Shown: piece by piece, positions 29,741 to 39,373 of the stretch
Position numbering within the stretch: position 1 is the first letter of the stretch
Layout: every line of letters begins with the position of its first letter
Origin: an uncultured Alphaproteobacteria bacterium
Lineage (GTDB): Bacteria > Pseudomonadota > Alphaproteobacteria > Caulobacterales > Hyphomonadaceae
Reading direction: 5' to 3'
DNA: 64,000 nucleotides
Assembly (NCBI GenBank): GCA_963784415.1
Contig: CAWARK010000001.1
Span: forward strand, 10,335 to 74,334
Made by a program: the position numbers and the translations under genes
Notes under the pieces: generated by a model
What the model saw: only the letters and a program-made list of their open reading frames with translations
What the model was told of the DNA's origin: nothing
The model's database searches: none

Positions 29741-30157
29741 ATGAAACTGAAGGCACTGGCCGTCGTGGCGCTTCTGCTGGCGCCGTCTACCGTCGCCTCC
29801 GCGCAGCAGACACGTACTGCAGGCGATGCGGCCAAGCGGGTCTACAACTGGTGTATGCGCGCGCCTTCAGGTTCGATCTCCGAATGCAGTTGCATCGCCG
29901 GCTTCTATGCAGGCGTTACTGCGCCAGATGAATTCCAGGTGATCGCGGCTGTCGTCGACTTCATTTCGGCCGATGGCGAAGTCGCGAACATGGATGGCAT
30001 GGTGGCAGCAATGCAGGCCGCGAAGGTCGATCTCAATCTCACCGACGCGCGCTACAATGAGTTGATCGAACGCTTCACGAAGTTCGACGAGATCGGCTCG
30101 AAGGGCGACAACGCCTGCGTGCCGCTCAGCGACCATGTGAAGTCCCTGACGGAGTAA
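29741..30157 (+). CDS. Secreted hypothetical protein
   Basis: Signal MKLKALAVVALLLAPSTVASAQ. GAGGAGGGG lies upstream of the ATG. The stop abuts the convergent rimO stop. Confidence 0.6.
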   Translation: MKLKALAVVALLLAPSTVASAQQTRTAGDAAKRVYNWCMRAPSGSISECSCIAGFYAGVTAPDEFQVIAAVVDFISADGEVANMDGMVAAMQAAKVDLNLTDARYNELIERFTKFDEIGSKGDNACVPLSDHVKSLTE

Positions 30158-31485
30158 CTACCGCACCACGCTCGCCCACAGGTCGACCTGTTCGCCGGCG
30201 TGGACTTTCGCTTTCACGATGTCGCCGGGCTTCACGTCCGTGTCCTCGAGGAACACCGAGCCATCGATCTCTGGCGCATCCGCTTTCGAGCGGCCGACTG
30301 CGCCGTCTTCATCAACCTCGTCGATGATGACGTCGATCGTCTTGCCGATCTGCGCCTGCGCGCGTGCGTCGGCGATTTCGGTCTGGACCGCCATGAAGCG
30401 ATGCCAGCGTTCTTCCTTCACTTCTTCCGGAACGTGGTTCGGCAGGTCGGCCGAAACCGCGCCTTTGACGTTCTCGTACTTGAAGCAACCGGCCCGCTCG
30501 ATCTTGGCTTCCTTCAGCCAGCCGAGCAGGTGCTCGAAATCCGCCTCCGTCTCGCCCGGGAAGCCCACGATGAAGGACGAGCGCAGCACGAGGTCCGGCA
30601 CTTCCTTGCGCCATTTGGCGATGCGGTCGGCGGTCTTGTCGATGTTGGCGGGGCGCTTCATCGCCTTCAGCACGCTGGGCGATGGAATGCTGGAACGGGA
30701 TGTCGAGATAGGGAAGGATGCGGCCGTCGGCCATCATCGGCATCACGTCGTCGACGTGCGGGTAGGGGTAAACGTAGTGGAGGCGCGTCCACACGCCGAG
30801 CTCGCCGAGGCCTTCGCACAGGTCCTTGAAGCGCGTCTGGCGTTCCTTGTCGCGCCACTTGTACGGCGCGTATTTCACGTCGAGGCCGTAGGCCGACGTG
30901 TCCTGGCGAGATGACGAGCAGTTCCTTCACGCCCGCCTTCACCAGCTGTTCGGCTTCGCGCAGCACGGCGTCGATCCGGCGCGAAACCAGATCGCCGCGC
31001 ATGCTCGGGATGATGCAGAACGAGCAGCGATTGTTGCAGCCCTCGGAAATCTTCAGGTAGGCGTAGTGGCGCGGCGTGAGGCGATAGCCGCTCTCGGGCA
31101 CCAGCGACACGAAGGGATGGTCCGGCGCCGGCAGGTGCGTATGCACCGCGCTCATCACCTGTTCGTACTGGTGCGGCCCCGTCACGGCGAGAACGCCCGG
31201 GTGACGGTCGGTGATGACGTTGGCTTCGGCGCCGAGGCAGCCGGTGACGATGACCTTGCCATTCTCGTTGATCGCCTCGCCAATTGCGTCGAGGCTTTCC
31301 GCCCGCGCCGAGTCGAGGAACCCGCACGTGTTGACCAGCACAAGGTCCGCGCCCTTGTAGTCGGCCGCGATCGCATAGCCTTCGGCCCGCAGGCGCGTGA
31401 TAATGCGTTCTGAGTCCACCAGCGCCTTGGGGCAGCCAAGCGAAACGATGCCGACTTTGGGCTGGGTTAACGTGGTCTCGCTCAT
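30158..31485 (-). pseudogene. rimO: Ribosomal protein S12 methylthiotransferase RimO; two frame breaks as sequenced (about 30905 and about 30683)
   Basis: There are three consecutive ORF pieces. ORF 30667..31485 has the MTTase N-domain ([13 protein letters not shown]) and radical-SAM [11 protein letters not shown] 30312..30878 has [11 protein letters not shown]...[34 protein letters not shown] 30158..30673 has LKAMKRPAN... and the TRAM domain. 1328 nt is 3n+2, which fits two +1 insertions. Confidence 0.9.
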
Positions 31486-31539
31486 AGTCGCCTTTCAGGG
31501 GAGCACGCCGGTCGCGCGGCTTGCCATTCGGCCCGCCTT

Positions 31540-32676
31540 TTGCACCCAAACCTCATCCGGCGCCAGCCGCCGCGCCACAGGACCTCAGCCTTGCCCCCGC
31601 AGCCCCTGCCTCAGGACCTCAAGCCCCTGACAAGCCTGCGTTTCTGGGCCGCGCTCTGGGTCGTGCTGTTCCACTACCGGACCTATGCGGACGGCTGGGG
31701 CTGGGCCTCCAGCCTGCTCGGCAAGGGGTATCTGGGCGTCGACTTCTTCTTCGTACTCTCCGGCTTCGTGCTGGCCCACGTCTATGGCCGCGAGTTTTCG
31801 GCCGGGACCTATCGCCATTCCCGCTTCCTGGTTAAGCGCGTCGCCCGCATCTACCCGATGCACATCGTGATGCTGGCCTTCTTCGTCGCGCTTGCGCTGG
31901 CCGCGCCCGTCCTCGGCCTCGCCCTCGACAGCGCTTCGCGTAATGATTTCAGCCAGATACCGGCGCAGATCTTTCTGGTCCACGCCTGGATCGGTACGGG
32001 TGAGACTTTCAATTTTCCATCCTGGTCGATCAGCGCCGAGTTCTTCGCCTACCTGACATTCCCCATCGTGATGCTGCTGGCCAACCGTCCGCGCCTGATG
32101 GCGAGCCTTGGTCTGGCCGCCGTCTTCGGCTGGTATTTCGGCGCGATCCTCGTCACCGGCAAACCCTCCACCTGGCTCAATGACTGGCAGATCATGCGGA
32201 TCATGCCGGAATTTCTTCTTGGCGCCGGCCTGCGCCAGCTGATGGCCGTGCAGCGCATCCCCGTGCTCGATCTCCGTCACGCGACCACGGCGATGGCGGC
32301 TCTCGTCATCGCGCTCGCCCTGTTCGATGTTCCCGACTGGCTGATGATCGCCGCGTTGATCGCGCTCCTCGCCGCCGCCGCCGAGCGCGCGCGTTCGAAC
32401 ATCTCCGGCATTCTGGAGACGAAATTCAGCCTCTATCTCGGTGAAATCTCGTACGCGCTCTACATGGTCCACATTGCGGTCGGCATGGTGTGGTTTGAAG
32501 TTGCCCAGCGCATCATCGGTCCCGTCACCGGCTGGACAAGCATCGCGCTTGTGGCCGTCGGCGTAGTGTTGGCGACGCTGGCCGCAGCTGCAGCCGAGTT
32601 CCTGATCGAGCGTCCTGGCCGCCGCTTCATCACGTCAATCGCCGCGCGGGGCCGCACGCCGAAAGTCACGCGCTGA
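31540..32676 (+). CDS. Acyltransferase family 3 membrane protein
   Basis: LTSLRFWAALWVVLFHY and GYLGVDFFFVLSGFVL signatures in a multi-pass membrane protein. The start is uncertain. Confidence 0.75.
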   Translation: MHPNLIRRQPPRHRTSALPPQPLPQDLKPLTSLRFWAALWVVLFHYRTYADGWGWASSLLGKGYLGVDFFFVLSGFVLAHVYGREFSAGTYRHSRFLVKRVARIYPMHIVMLAFFVALALAAPVLGLALDSASRNDFSQIPAQIFLVHAWIGTGETFNFPSWSISAEFFAYLTFPIVMLLANRPRLMASLGLAAVFGWYFGAILVTGKPSTWLNDWQIMRIMPEFLLGAGLRQLMAVQRIPVLDLRHATTAMAALVIALALFDVPDWLMIAALIALLAAAAERARSNISGILETKFSLYLGEISYALYMVHIAVGMVWFEVAQRIIGPVTGWTSIALVAVGVVLATLAAAAAEFLIERPGRRFITSIAARGRTPKVTR

Positions 32677-32736
32677 AAGACGACGGCCGCAACCTTTCGA
32701 TTGCGGCCGCCTGTATTCTGATCGGCTGAGCCGGAC

Positions 32737-33933
32737 CTAGGCCGCCAGCACTTTCTTCAGCGCGGCTTCGCAGCGGTCCATTTCCCAGTCTTCGCCGACG
32801 CAGATGCGGGTCCAGTTCTCGTACTGCGGCCACGCGCGGCCAACGACACGAACGCCTTCGGCGGCCATCTTCTCGGCGAACACGCTGTTCGGCATGCCGA
32901 CGTCAAAGAACACGAACGAGGCCTGCGGGTTCGCTGCAACCTTGCGGCCAAGGCCTTTGACGACGCTGAGCAGCCGCTCGCGACCCGCCTTGAACTTCGG
33001 CTGCATGGCGGGAACGAACTCCGCGTCCGAAAGGCTCGCCATTGCGGCGATGATGCCGAGATGATTGACGCCGCCCATGCGGGTCGCCATCGCCATCTTC
33101 TTGGCCAGTTCCGGTTGAGCGATGCCATAGCCGAGACGCTGGCCCGCCATGCCGTAGATCTTCGAGAAGGTGCGGCCGATGACGACGTTGTGGCCTTCGC
33201 GAACCAGGCTGGTCATCACGTTGGCGTCGAAGTCATCGCACAGGTGCAGGTAGGCTTCGTCGATGAAGCAGGGCGCTGTCTTCGACGCTTCGATCGCGAA
33301 CGCGCGCAGTTTTACGGGATCGACCATGTTGCCGGTCGGGTTGTTCGGGTTGCAGACGTAGGTTGCGGTCGTCTTCTTCGAGATCTTCTTGGCCATCGCA
33401 TCGAGGTCGATGCCGTAGTCGGCCGTCAGCGGCGTCATGATCAGCTCGGCGCCGTATTCAGCCACCGAACGCGGCACGCCTTCATACGTGGCGATCGAGG
33501 TGACCAGCTGGCCCTTGCCCTTGGCGGCGATGATCTCGCCGAACGCGGCGAGGATCGGCGTCGAGCCGTTGGCGAGGAAGACCTGCTGCGGATCGACGCC
33601 TTCGATGGCGGCGATCTGCTTCTTCAGCTCTTCGCCTTCGGCGTCGGCATAGCGCGCGGTGAGCGAGGCCTTCTCGATCATCGCCGCGACGGCTTTCTTC
33701 GAAGGTCCGAACGGGCTTTCATTGGCGCCCATGATCGCGACCGACTTGTCCACGACGGGGGCGGCGGGGGCGGTGGCGGGGGCGGCGATCGCCTCGCCCT
33801 TGGAACAACCCGTCGCCAGCGCGGCGACGCCAACGCTTGCAAGGCCAAGGCCGCGCAGCAGCGCACGGCGCGAGGTTGCCGGTGATTCAGCCGCCGGAGC
33901 GGGTGTTTCGGTGATGGTGTCGGGGTGTCTCAT
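32737..33933 (-). CDS. Class I/II (histidinol-phosphate-like) PLP aminotransferase with Tat signal and lipobox
   Basis: N-terminus ...SRRALLRGLGLASVGVAALATGC has a twin-arginine motif followed by a lipobox. NPNNPTG and the PLP-lysine context RTFSKIYGMAGQRLGY are present. GGAGGA lies upstream of ATG 33933. Confidence 0.85.
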   Translation of the reverse strand: MRHPDTITETPAPAAESPATSRRALLRGLGLASVGVAALATGCSKGEAIAAPATAPAAPVVDKSVAIMGANESPFGPSKKAVAAMIEKASLTARYADAEGEELKKQIAAIEGVDPQQVFLANGSTPILAAFGEIIAAKGKGQLVTSIATYEGVPRSVAEYGAELIMTPLTADYGIDLDAMAKKISKKTTATYVCNPNNPTGNMVDPVKLRAFAIEASKTAPCFIDEAYLHLCDDFDANVMTSLVREGHNVVIGRTFSKIYGMAGQRLGYGIAQPELAKKMAMATRMGGVNHLGIIAAMASLSDAEFVPAMQPKFKAGRERLLSVVKGLGRKVAANPQASFVFFDVGMPNSVFAEKMAAEGVRVVGRAWPQYENWTRICVGEDWEMDRCEAALKKVLAA

Positions 33934-34168
33934 GGAAAAAGTCCTCCAGCAGCGCGCCGTCCTGCGCGAGGCGAGAGTGCGGGTAGCGATCCGCCGGGAA
34001 GGCCCACACTCGCGTTGGACCATCGGTTCCCATTCGCGGAGAGTCGCAATCGATAACCGCGCGCGAGCTTCTTTTCGGACGCCAGTCGCCGTCCGTTGCA
34101 TCGGGGCGGGGCGCCTGATGCCGAATCCGCAGGCGGTGTGGAGCCGGCGCCCGGTCTTTGGGCGCGCG

Positions 34169-34564
34169 TTAGCTGGCTGGAAGTTGCTGGGTCGCGAGCA
34201 GGTAGGCGGCGAAGATCAGGACCATCAGGCTGTCGACGACGACGGCCAGCACAGCCTGTCCCTTGAGCAGGCGCTTTGCGTCCGAGAGGATCAGCACCAC
34301 GAACATCGCCTTGCCGACGCCGGCGACAAGCAGAGCTGGCGGCCGCATCTCCGGATGGAAGCCTGCATAGATCAGGAACACGCCGCTGATGACCACCATG
34401 GTCGACCAGCTGCGCATCAGCATGACGGCGGTCGCGTTCGGCTCATTCTCGCCGAACCAGGTGCGCCAGATCGATTTCGGCGCGACGATGCCCTGCACGA
34501 GGCTGGCCGTCATCAGCCCGCAGACGAGCAATACCCACTGCATGTTGTCGATGAGAATGGTCAT
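34169..34564 (-). CDS. Small 4-TM membrane protein of unknown function
   Basis: 131 aa and hydrophobic. GGAGGG lies upstream of the ATG. Confidence 0.65.
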   Translation of the reverse strand: MTILIDNMQWVLLVCGLMTASLVQGIVAPKSIWRTWFGENEPNATAVMLMRSWSTMVVISGVFLIYAGFHPEMRPPALLVAGVGKAMFVVLILSDAKRLLKGQAVLAVVVDSLMVLIFAAYLLATQQLPAS

Positions 34565-34588
34565 GGCGGTTTCCCTCCGAGAGCTCGA

Positions 34589-36001
34589 TCAGAGACCCTT
34601 GACGATCTCTTCCGTCATCTTCTTGGCGTCGCCCAGCAGCATCATCGTGTTGTCGCGGAAGAACAGCGGGTTCTCGACGCCTGCGTAGCCGGACGCCAGC
34701 GAGCGCTTGATGAAGAACACGGTCTTGGCGTTCCACACCTTCAGCACGGGCATGCCGTAGATGGGCGAGGCCGTGTTGGTTTCGGCGTCGGGGTTCGTCA
34801 CGTCGTTGGCGCCGATGACGAAGGCGACGTCGGCCTGGGCGAAGGAGGAGTTGATGTCTTCCAGCTCGTGCACTTCGTCGTACGGCACCTGCGCTTCGGC
34901 GAGCAGCACGTTCATGTGGCCGGGCATGCGGCCCGCGACCGGGTGGATGGCGTAGGTGACTTCGACGCCTTCGGCCTTGAGCTTCTCGCCCATCTCCTTC
35001 AGCGCGTGCTGGGCCTGCGCCACGGCCATGCCGTAGCCGGGCACGATGATGACTTTCGAAGCGTTCTTCATGATGAAGGCGGCGTCGTCGGCCGAGCCGA
35101 TCTTCACGGGCTTGGCGGGGCCGCCGGTGGCCGCCGCCGCCGTCTCGCCGCCGAAGCCGCCGAGGATGACGGAGATGAAGCTGCGGTTCATCGCCTTGCA
35201 CATGATGTAGGAGAGGATCGCGCCGGACGATCCCACCAGCGAGCCGGTGATGATCAGCGCGTTGTTCTCGAGCGTGAAGCCCAGCGCCGCTGCGGCCCAG
35301 CCGGAATACGAGTTGAGCATCGAGACGACGACCGGCATGTCCGCCCCGCCGATCGGGATGATGAGCGTGACGCCGAGCACGAGCGCGAGGCCGGTCAGCG
35401 CCAGGAACATCCAGGGCTGCGACCCTTCGGTCTGGATCATCGTGACGACCAGTCCGACGATGGCGGCGGCGAGCGCGATGTTGAGCAGGTGGCGCGCGGG
35501 CAGGATGATCGGCGCGCCCGACATGTTGCCGTTGAGCTTGAGGAAGGCGATGACCGAGCCCGTGAACGTCAGCGCGCCGATGGCGGAGCCGAGCGACAAT
35601 TCGATAATGGATGCGGTGTGGATCTGGCCCGGCACGCCAATGCCATAGCTTTCCGGCGCATAGAGCGCGGCGGCGGCGACCAGCACGGCGGCGAGGCCGA
35701 CCAGCGAGTGGAAGAAGGCCACCAGCTGCGGCATGGCCGTCATCTTGATCTTCTGCGCCACGACCGCGCCGACAATGCCGCCGACAGCGATGCCGCCGAG
35801 GATGATTGCGATGGTCACGCCATCAAGACCGGCATTGTTCTCCCACGCCATCCAGAGCGTGGTGACGACGGCGATCGCCATGCCGATCATGCCGTTGCGC
35901 GCGCCGGCCTGCGATGTCGCCGGGCTGGAAAGGCCGCGCAGCGAGAGGATGAAGAGGACGCCGGAGACGAGATAGAGAATGGCTGCGATGTTGGCGTTCA
36001 T
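34589..36001 (-). CDS. pntB: NAD(P) transhydrogenase subunit beta
   Basis: 470 aa. N-terminal multi-TM region and C-terminal dIII domain (GYGMAVAQAQH, HPVAGRMPGHMNVLLAEA, GANDVTNP). Confidence 0.96.
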   Translation of the reverse strand: MNANIAAILYLVSGVLFILSLRGLSSPATSQAGARNGMIGMAIAVVTTLWMAWENNAGLDGVTIAIILGGIAVGGIVGAVVAQKIKMTAMPQLVAFFHSLVGLAAVLVAAAALYAPESYGIGVPGQIHTASIIELSLGSAIGALTFTGSVIAFLKLNGNMSGAPIILPARHLLNIALAAAIVGLVVTMIQTEGSQPWMFLALTGLALVLGVTLIIPIGGADMPVVVSMLNSYSGWAAAALGFTLENNALIITGSLVGSSGAILSYIMCKAMNRSFISVILGGFGGETAAAATGGPAKPVKIGSADDAAFIMKNASKVIIVPGYGMAVAQAQHALKEMGEKLKAEGVEVTYAIHPVAGRMPGHMNVLLAEAQVPYDEVHELEDINSSFAQADVAFVIGANDVTNPDAETNTASPIYGMPVLKVWNAKTVFFIKRSLASGYAGVENPLFFRDNTMMLLGDAKKMTEEIVKGL

Positions 36002-36004
36002 GGC

Positions 36005-36436
36005 CTAGTGCCCTCCGCTTTTGGCTGCGGGAGCGCCCGGTTTGTCTTTCTTCTTGTACATCGCGAGCATCCGCCGCGTGACGAGGAAGCCGCCGAAGAT
36101 GTTGACCGCGGCGAGTGCGACAGCGACGCCGCCCATGCCTTTGGAGAGCCAGAGGTCCGAGGTCATTTCCTGGCCCGAGCCGGAGACGGCCGCGATCAGC
36201 GCGCCGACGATGATGACGGAGGAGATCGCGTTGGTGACGGCCATCAGCGGCGTGTGCAGCGCAGGCGTCACCGACCAGACGACGTAGTAGCCGACGAAGA
36301 TCGCCAGCACGAAGATGGCGAGGCGGAAGATCAGCGGGTCCACCCCTTCGGCCCCTGTGGAAGCGAAGGCGGGCGCTGCGAGCGCTAGCGCGAGGCTTAC
36401 GCTGACGCCGGCAAGGGTCGCGAGGCGCTTCATCAT
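36005..36436 (-). CDS. pntAB: NAD(P) transhydrogenase subunit alpha part 2 (membrane dII piece)
   Basis: 143 aa with 3-4 TMs (FVGYYVVWSVTPALHTPLMAVTNAISSVIIVGA). It lies directly upstream of pntB. Confidence 0.92.
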   Translation of the reverse strand: MMKRLATLAGVSVSLALALAAPAFASTGAEGVDPLIFRLAIFVLAIFVGYYVVWSVTPALHTPLMAVTNAISSVIIVGALIAAVSGSGQEMTSDLWLSKGMGGVAVALAAVNIFGGFLVTRRMLAMYKKKDKPGAPAAKSGGH

Positions 36437-36654
36437 GGGGATGCGTCCTGTTGCGGTGTTGGTTTGGGCTTCGTCGCCTTCGCAGCGAAGCCCCTGAGGA
36501 TGTAGCGAACGCCGACCGAGAGCATCATCACGGCAAGCGCAAGGATAACGAAATAGGGAAGCGGCACAGGCCCGTCGCGCCAGGCAACCTGCATGAAGGA
36601 AACCAGAAGCAGCAGCCCGGTGATCGTCAGGAGGAGCCCGACCGCCTTTGTCAT
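36433..36654 (-). CDS. Small 2-TM protein encoded between pntAA and pntAB
   Basis: 73-aa GC3-rich ORF. Its ATG is 2 nt after the pntAA stop, and its stop overlaps the pntAB start (ATGA). Confidence 0.5.
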   Translation of the reverse strand: MTKAVGLLLTITGLLLLVSFMQVAWRDGPVPLPYFVILALAVMMLSVGVRYILRGFAAKATKPKPTPQQDASP

Positions 36655-36656
36655 GC

Positions 36657-37784
36657 TCAGCCGTCTTTCAGGGCTGGATGAACCACTGCGCCATCTTTCG
36701 TGAGGACAGCTGCCTTCACGATCTCATCGTCCCACTTCGGCGCGAAGGCAGCGTTCTCGCCGGTCAGCAGCGGCAGCAGCGCCAGAAGGTTGCGCGCATA
36801 GAGAGCCGAGGCGTCTGCAGCGATGCGGCCGGGCAGGTTGGTGAAGCCGGCGACCTTGACGCCGTTCACGTCCACCACCTCGTCGGGCTTCGACAGCGGG
36901 CAGTTGCCGCCCTGGGCGACCGCAAGATCGATGATCACCGAACCGGGGCGCATGGACTTCACCATCGCTTCCGTCACCAGCACCGGCGCCGCGCGGCCGG
37001 GGATGAGGGCGGTGGTGACGACGATGTCCTGCTTCACGATGTGGCTGGCGACCAGCTCGGCCTGCTTGGCCTGATATTCGGCGGACATCGGCTTGGCGTA
37101 TCCGGCGGTGGTTTCTGCGGCCTTGAACTCGTCATCCTCGACCGCGATGAACTTGGCGCCGAGCGAGGCGACCTGTTCCTTGGAGGCCGGGCGAACGTCG
37201 GTGGCGGAGACAACGCCGCCGAGACGGCGCGCGGTGGCGATGGCCTGAAGGCCCGCAACGCCCGCGCCCATCACGAACACTTTCGCGGCGGCGACGGTGC
37301 CGGCGGCGGTCATCATCATCGGCAGGGCGCGGCCATAAAGCTGCGAGCCTTCGATCACGGCGCGATAGCCGGCGAGGTTCGCCTGGCTCGACAGCACGTC
37401 CATCGATTGCGCCCGCGTGATGCGCGGCACGAATTCCATCGCGACGGCTGTGACGCCGGCGGCGGCATAGGCTGCGGCTTCTTTTTTGGCGGCGTAGGGT
37501 TCGAGCAGGCCGAGCAGGGCGGCGCCTTTGGGATAGGTCGACAATTCCGCCGCATCCGGCGCGCGCACCTTGAAGACGATGTCCGCGCCCGTCAGCACTT
37601 CAGCCGCCGAGCCAACGGTCGCGCCCGCGGCCACATAGTCCTCGTCGCGGATACCGGCGGTGACGCCTGCTCCCGCTTCAATGGCGATCGTGTGCTTGAG
37701 GCCGATCAGTTTCCTGACCGATTCGGGCGTCGCTGCCGTGCGGGTCTCGTTGAACCGACGTTCCTTCAGGACCGCGATCTTCAT
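36657..37784 (-). CDS. pntAA: NAD(P) transhydrogenase subunit alpha part 1 (dI, alanine-dehydrogenase-like)
   Basis: 375 aa with a Rossmann motif VFVMGAGVAGLQAIATARRLGG. Confidence 0.96.
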   Translation of the reverse strand: MKIAVLKERRFNETRTAATPESVRKLIGLKHTIAIEAGAGVTAGIRDEDYVAAGATVGSAAEVLTGADIVFKVRAPDAAELSTYPKGAALLGLLEPYAAKKEAAAYAAAGVTAVAMEFVPRITRAQSMDVLSSQANLAGYRAVIEGSQLYGRALPMMMTAAGTVAAAKVFVMGAGVAGLQAIATARRLGGVVSATDVRPASKEQVASLGAKFIAVEDDEFKAAETTAGYAKPMSAEYQAKQAELVASHIVKQDIVVTTALIPGRAAPVLVTEAMVKSMRPGSVIIDLAVAQGGNCPLSKPDEVVDVNGVKVAGFTNLPGRIAADASALYARNLLALLPLLTGENAAFAPKWDDEIVKAAVLTKDGAVVHPALKDG

Positions 37785-37811
37785 TATTCCCCCGGTTTTA
37801 TTGTATGGGGT

Positions 37812-38153
37812 TTAGCCCAGCAGGAGCCCGCCGAGCCAGATCATGAGTTCGATGAACAGGGCGAGCACGCACAGGCCGACGACGGTGGCGACCCAGGCGC
37901 CGCCCAGGTTCATCAACATGCCGGCGGCGATGCCGAACACCGCGAAACCGATCATCGCGCCGATCCACGGGATATGCATCGTTATGGTGAAAACCGCGTA
38001 GCCGACGGTGATCATGATCAGCAGGCTGGCCCAGGCGGCAAACGAGCCGAAGCCCTTCCACATGCCGCGACGCGAGCTCATGTCCATATAGGCGTCGGTG
38101 TGGGCCGGCGGCGTCACGATCGGGCCTTTGTGGGCGGGTTCGGCGTGAGCCAT
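37812..38153 (-). CDS. Small membrane protein upstream of pntAA (possibly aa3-oxidase-subunit-IV-like, COX4_pro_2)
   Basis: MAHAEPAHKG...HTDAYMDMSSRRGMWKGFGSFAAW followed by TM helices. The family assignment is tentative. Confidence 0.5.
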   Translation of the reverse strand: MAHAEPAHKGPIVTPPAHTDAYMDMSSRRGMWKGFGSFAAWASLLIMITVGYAVFTITMHIPWIGAMIGFAVFGIAAGMLMNLGGAWVATVVGLCVLALFIELMIWLGGLLLG

Positions 38154-38288
38154 CGGCGCTGATCTCCACGTGGATTCAAGGTCAAGCAGGGTGGGGGTGT
38201 AACCGCATCGCGCGCCTGTGAAAAGCGCCCAGAAGGCCGCACGACCCCAAAATACGTGGAATTCTCTCAAACACTTGGGAACGCGGGA

Positions 38289-39308
38289 TTATCGGGTCCC
38301 AACCACCCTGTCGGGAGTGGAATAACGCCACTCCTGCAGCAGGGTGCGCAGCGCCGCCACAAAGGCTAGCGGCTGGTCCAGCATCACGTGGTGGCGCGCC
38401 TCCGGAATGCCGATGAAGGGCACCTGCCGGTTGAGCAGGTTCTGCATGTACTCCTGCACGTCAGGATCCCACAGGATCGACTTGTCGCCGTTGAACAACG
38501 CGATTCGGCAGCGGGTTTCGCGCAGCAGCTCCCGCTCGGGACGCGAGACGGAGAAGCGCTGCCAGATCGACGGATCGAACTTCCACGCCCAGCCATCGCC
38601 CCCGCCACCCGTGAGAGGCGTCTTCCGCAGGCTCCATCGGGCGATGTAGTCCATGATGAAGTGGTTCTCGCACGGCTGCGGCGGGGCAAGGCGGAAGCGC
38701 GCCAGTGCGGCCTCAAGCGTCGGATAGACCTTGCCACCGCGCACAGGCGGCGGCCCGCGCCTTGGCCGGTCGGGCGGGTTCACCGGCGAATCCACGATCA
38801 CGATGCCGCCGAACCGGTCGCCGTATTCTGCGCCCGTCAGGATCGTCACGAAGCCGCCGAACGAGTGCGCCACGATGATCGGCTTCTCGGCGTGCGCAAA
38901 CAGTCCCGCTGCCTCGCATACCGCGAGCTGCTCACGCGCGAACACGTCCATCACATACGTCTCGCGCCAGTCCGAGTCGCCCATGCCGGAGAACGTCATG
39001 GCGACGACGTGGTAATCCCCGGTGAGGTACGGCGCGACGAAGTCCCACCAGTGCGCGTGCGCGCCGTTGCCATGCACCAGCAACAGGCCCGGCTTCGTGG
39101 CGTCGCCCCAGCTCTGATAGTGGATCTTCGCGCCTTCGCAGTCGACGAACGCAGTCGTGTACGGCGTTGCGATAGCTTCCTCGAACCATTTCGGCGCGGG
39201 CGGTTGCGCGCCCTTGTAGATGGCGAGCGGCCCCTGCTCGGTGGGCATCTCCGCAGGCTGGTCCCTGACCAGCCTGTCGGAGCCCAGCTTGTCCTTGTCG
39301 CTTGCCAT
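38289..39308 (-). CDS. Alpha/beta-fold hydrolase (no signal peptide)
   Basis: HGNGAHAHWW oxyanion region, nucleophile elbow AHSFGG, and C-terminal HHVMLDQP. Confidence 0.8.
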   Translation of the reverse strand: MASDKDKLGSDRLVRDQPAEMPTEQGPLAIYKGAQPPAPKWFEEAIATPYTTAFVDCEGAKIHYQSWGDATKPGLLLVHGNGAHAHWWDFVAPYLTGDYHVVAMTFSGMGDSDWRETYVMDVFAREQLAVCEAAGLFAHAEKPIIVAHSFGGFVTILTGAEYGDRFGGIVIVDSPVNPPDRPRRGPPPVRGGKVYPTLEAALARFRLAPPQPCENHFIMDYIARWSLRKTPLTGGGGDGWAWKFDPSIWQRFSVSRPERELLRETRCRIALFNGDKSILWDPDVQEYMQNLLNRQVPFIGIPEARHHVMLDQPLAFVAALRTLLQEWRYSTPDRVVGTR

Positions 39309-39373
39309 CAGCGCCTCCGTTCAGGAGGTCGTATGCGGGCAAGCCCGGCAGGGCAAGCGTCCGTGAGCCCGCG

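Noticed and set aside
33659-36388. 909-aa ORF on the plus strand
   Set aside because: It is antisense to the aminotransferase, the small membrane protein, pntB and pntAB. The composition (long runs of R, G, D, H) is not protein-like.
38289-39308. Calling the alpha/beta hydrolase an oxidised-PVA hydrolase (OPH)
   Set aside because: It has no signal peptide, and I cannot show similarity to OPH or PHB-depolymerase-type esterases by eye. I kept it as a generic alpha/beta hydrolase and mention the pairing only as an analogy.
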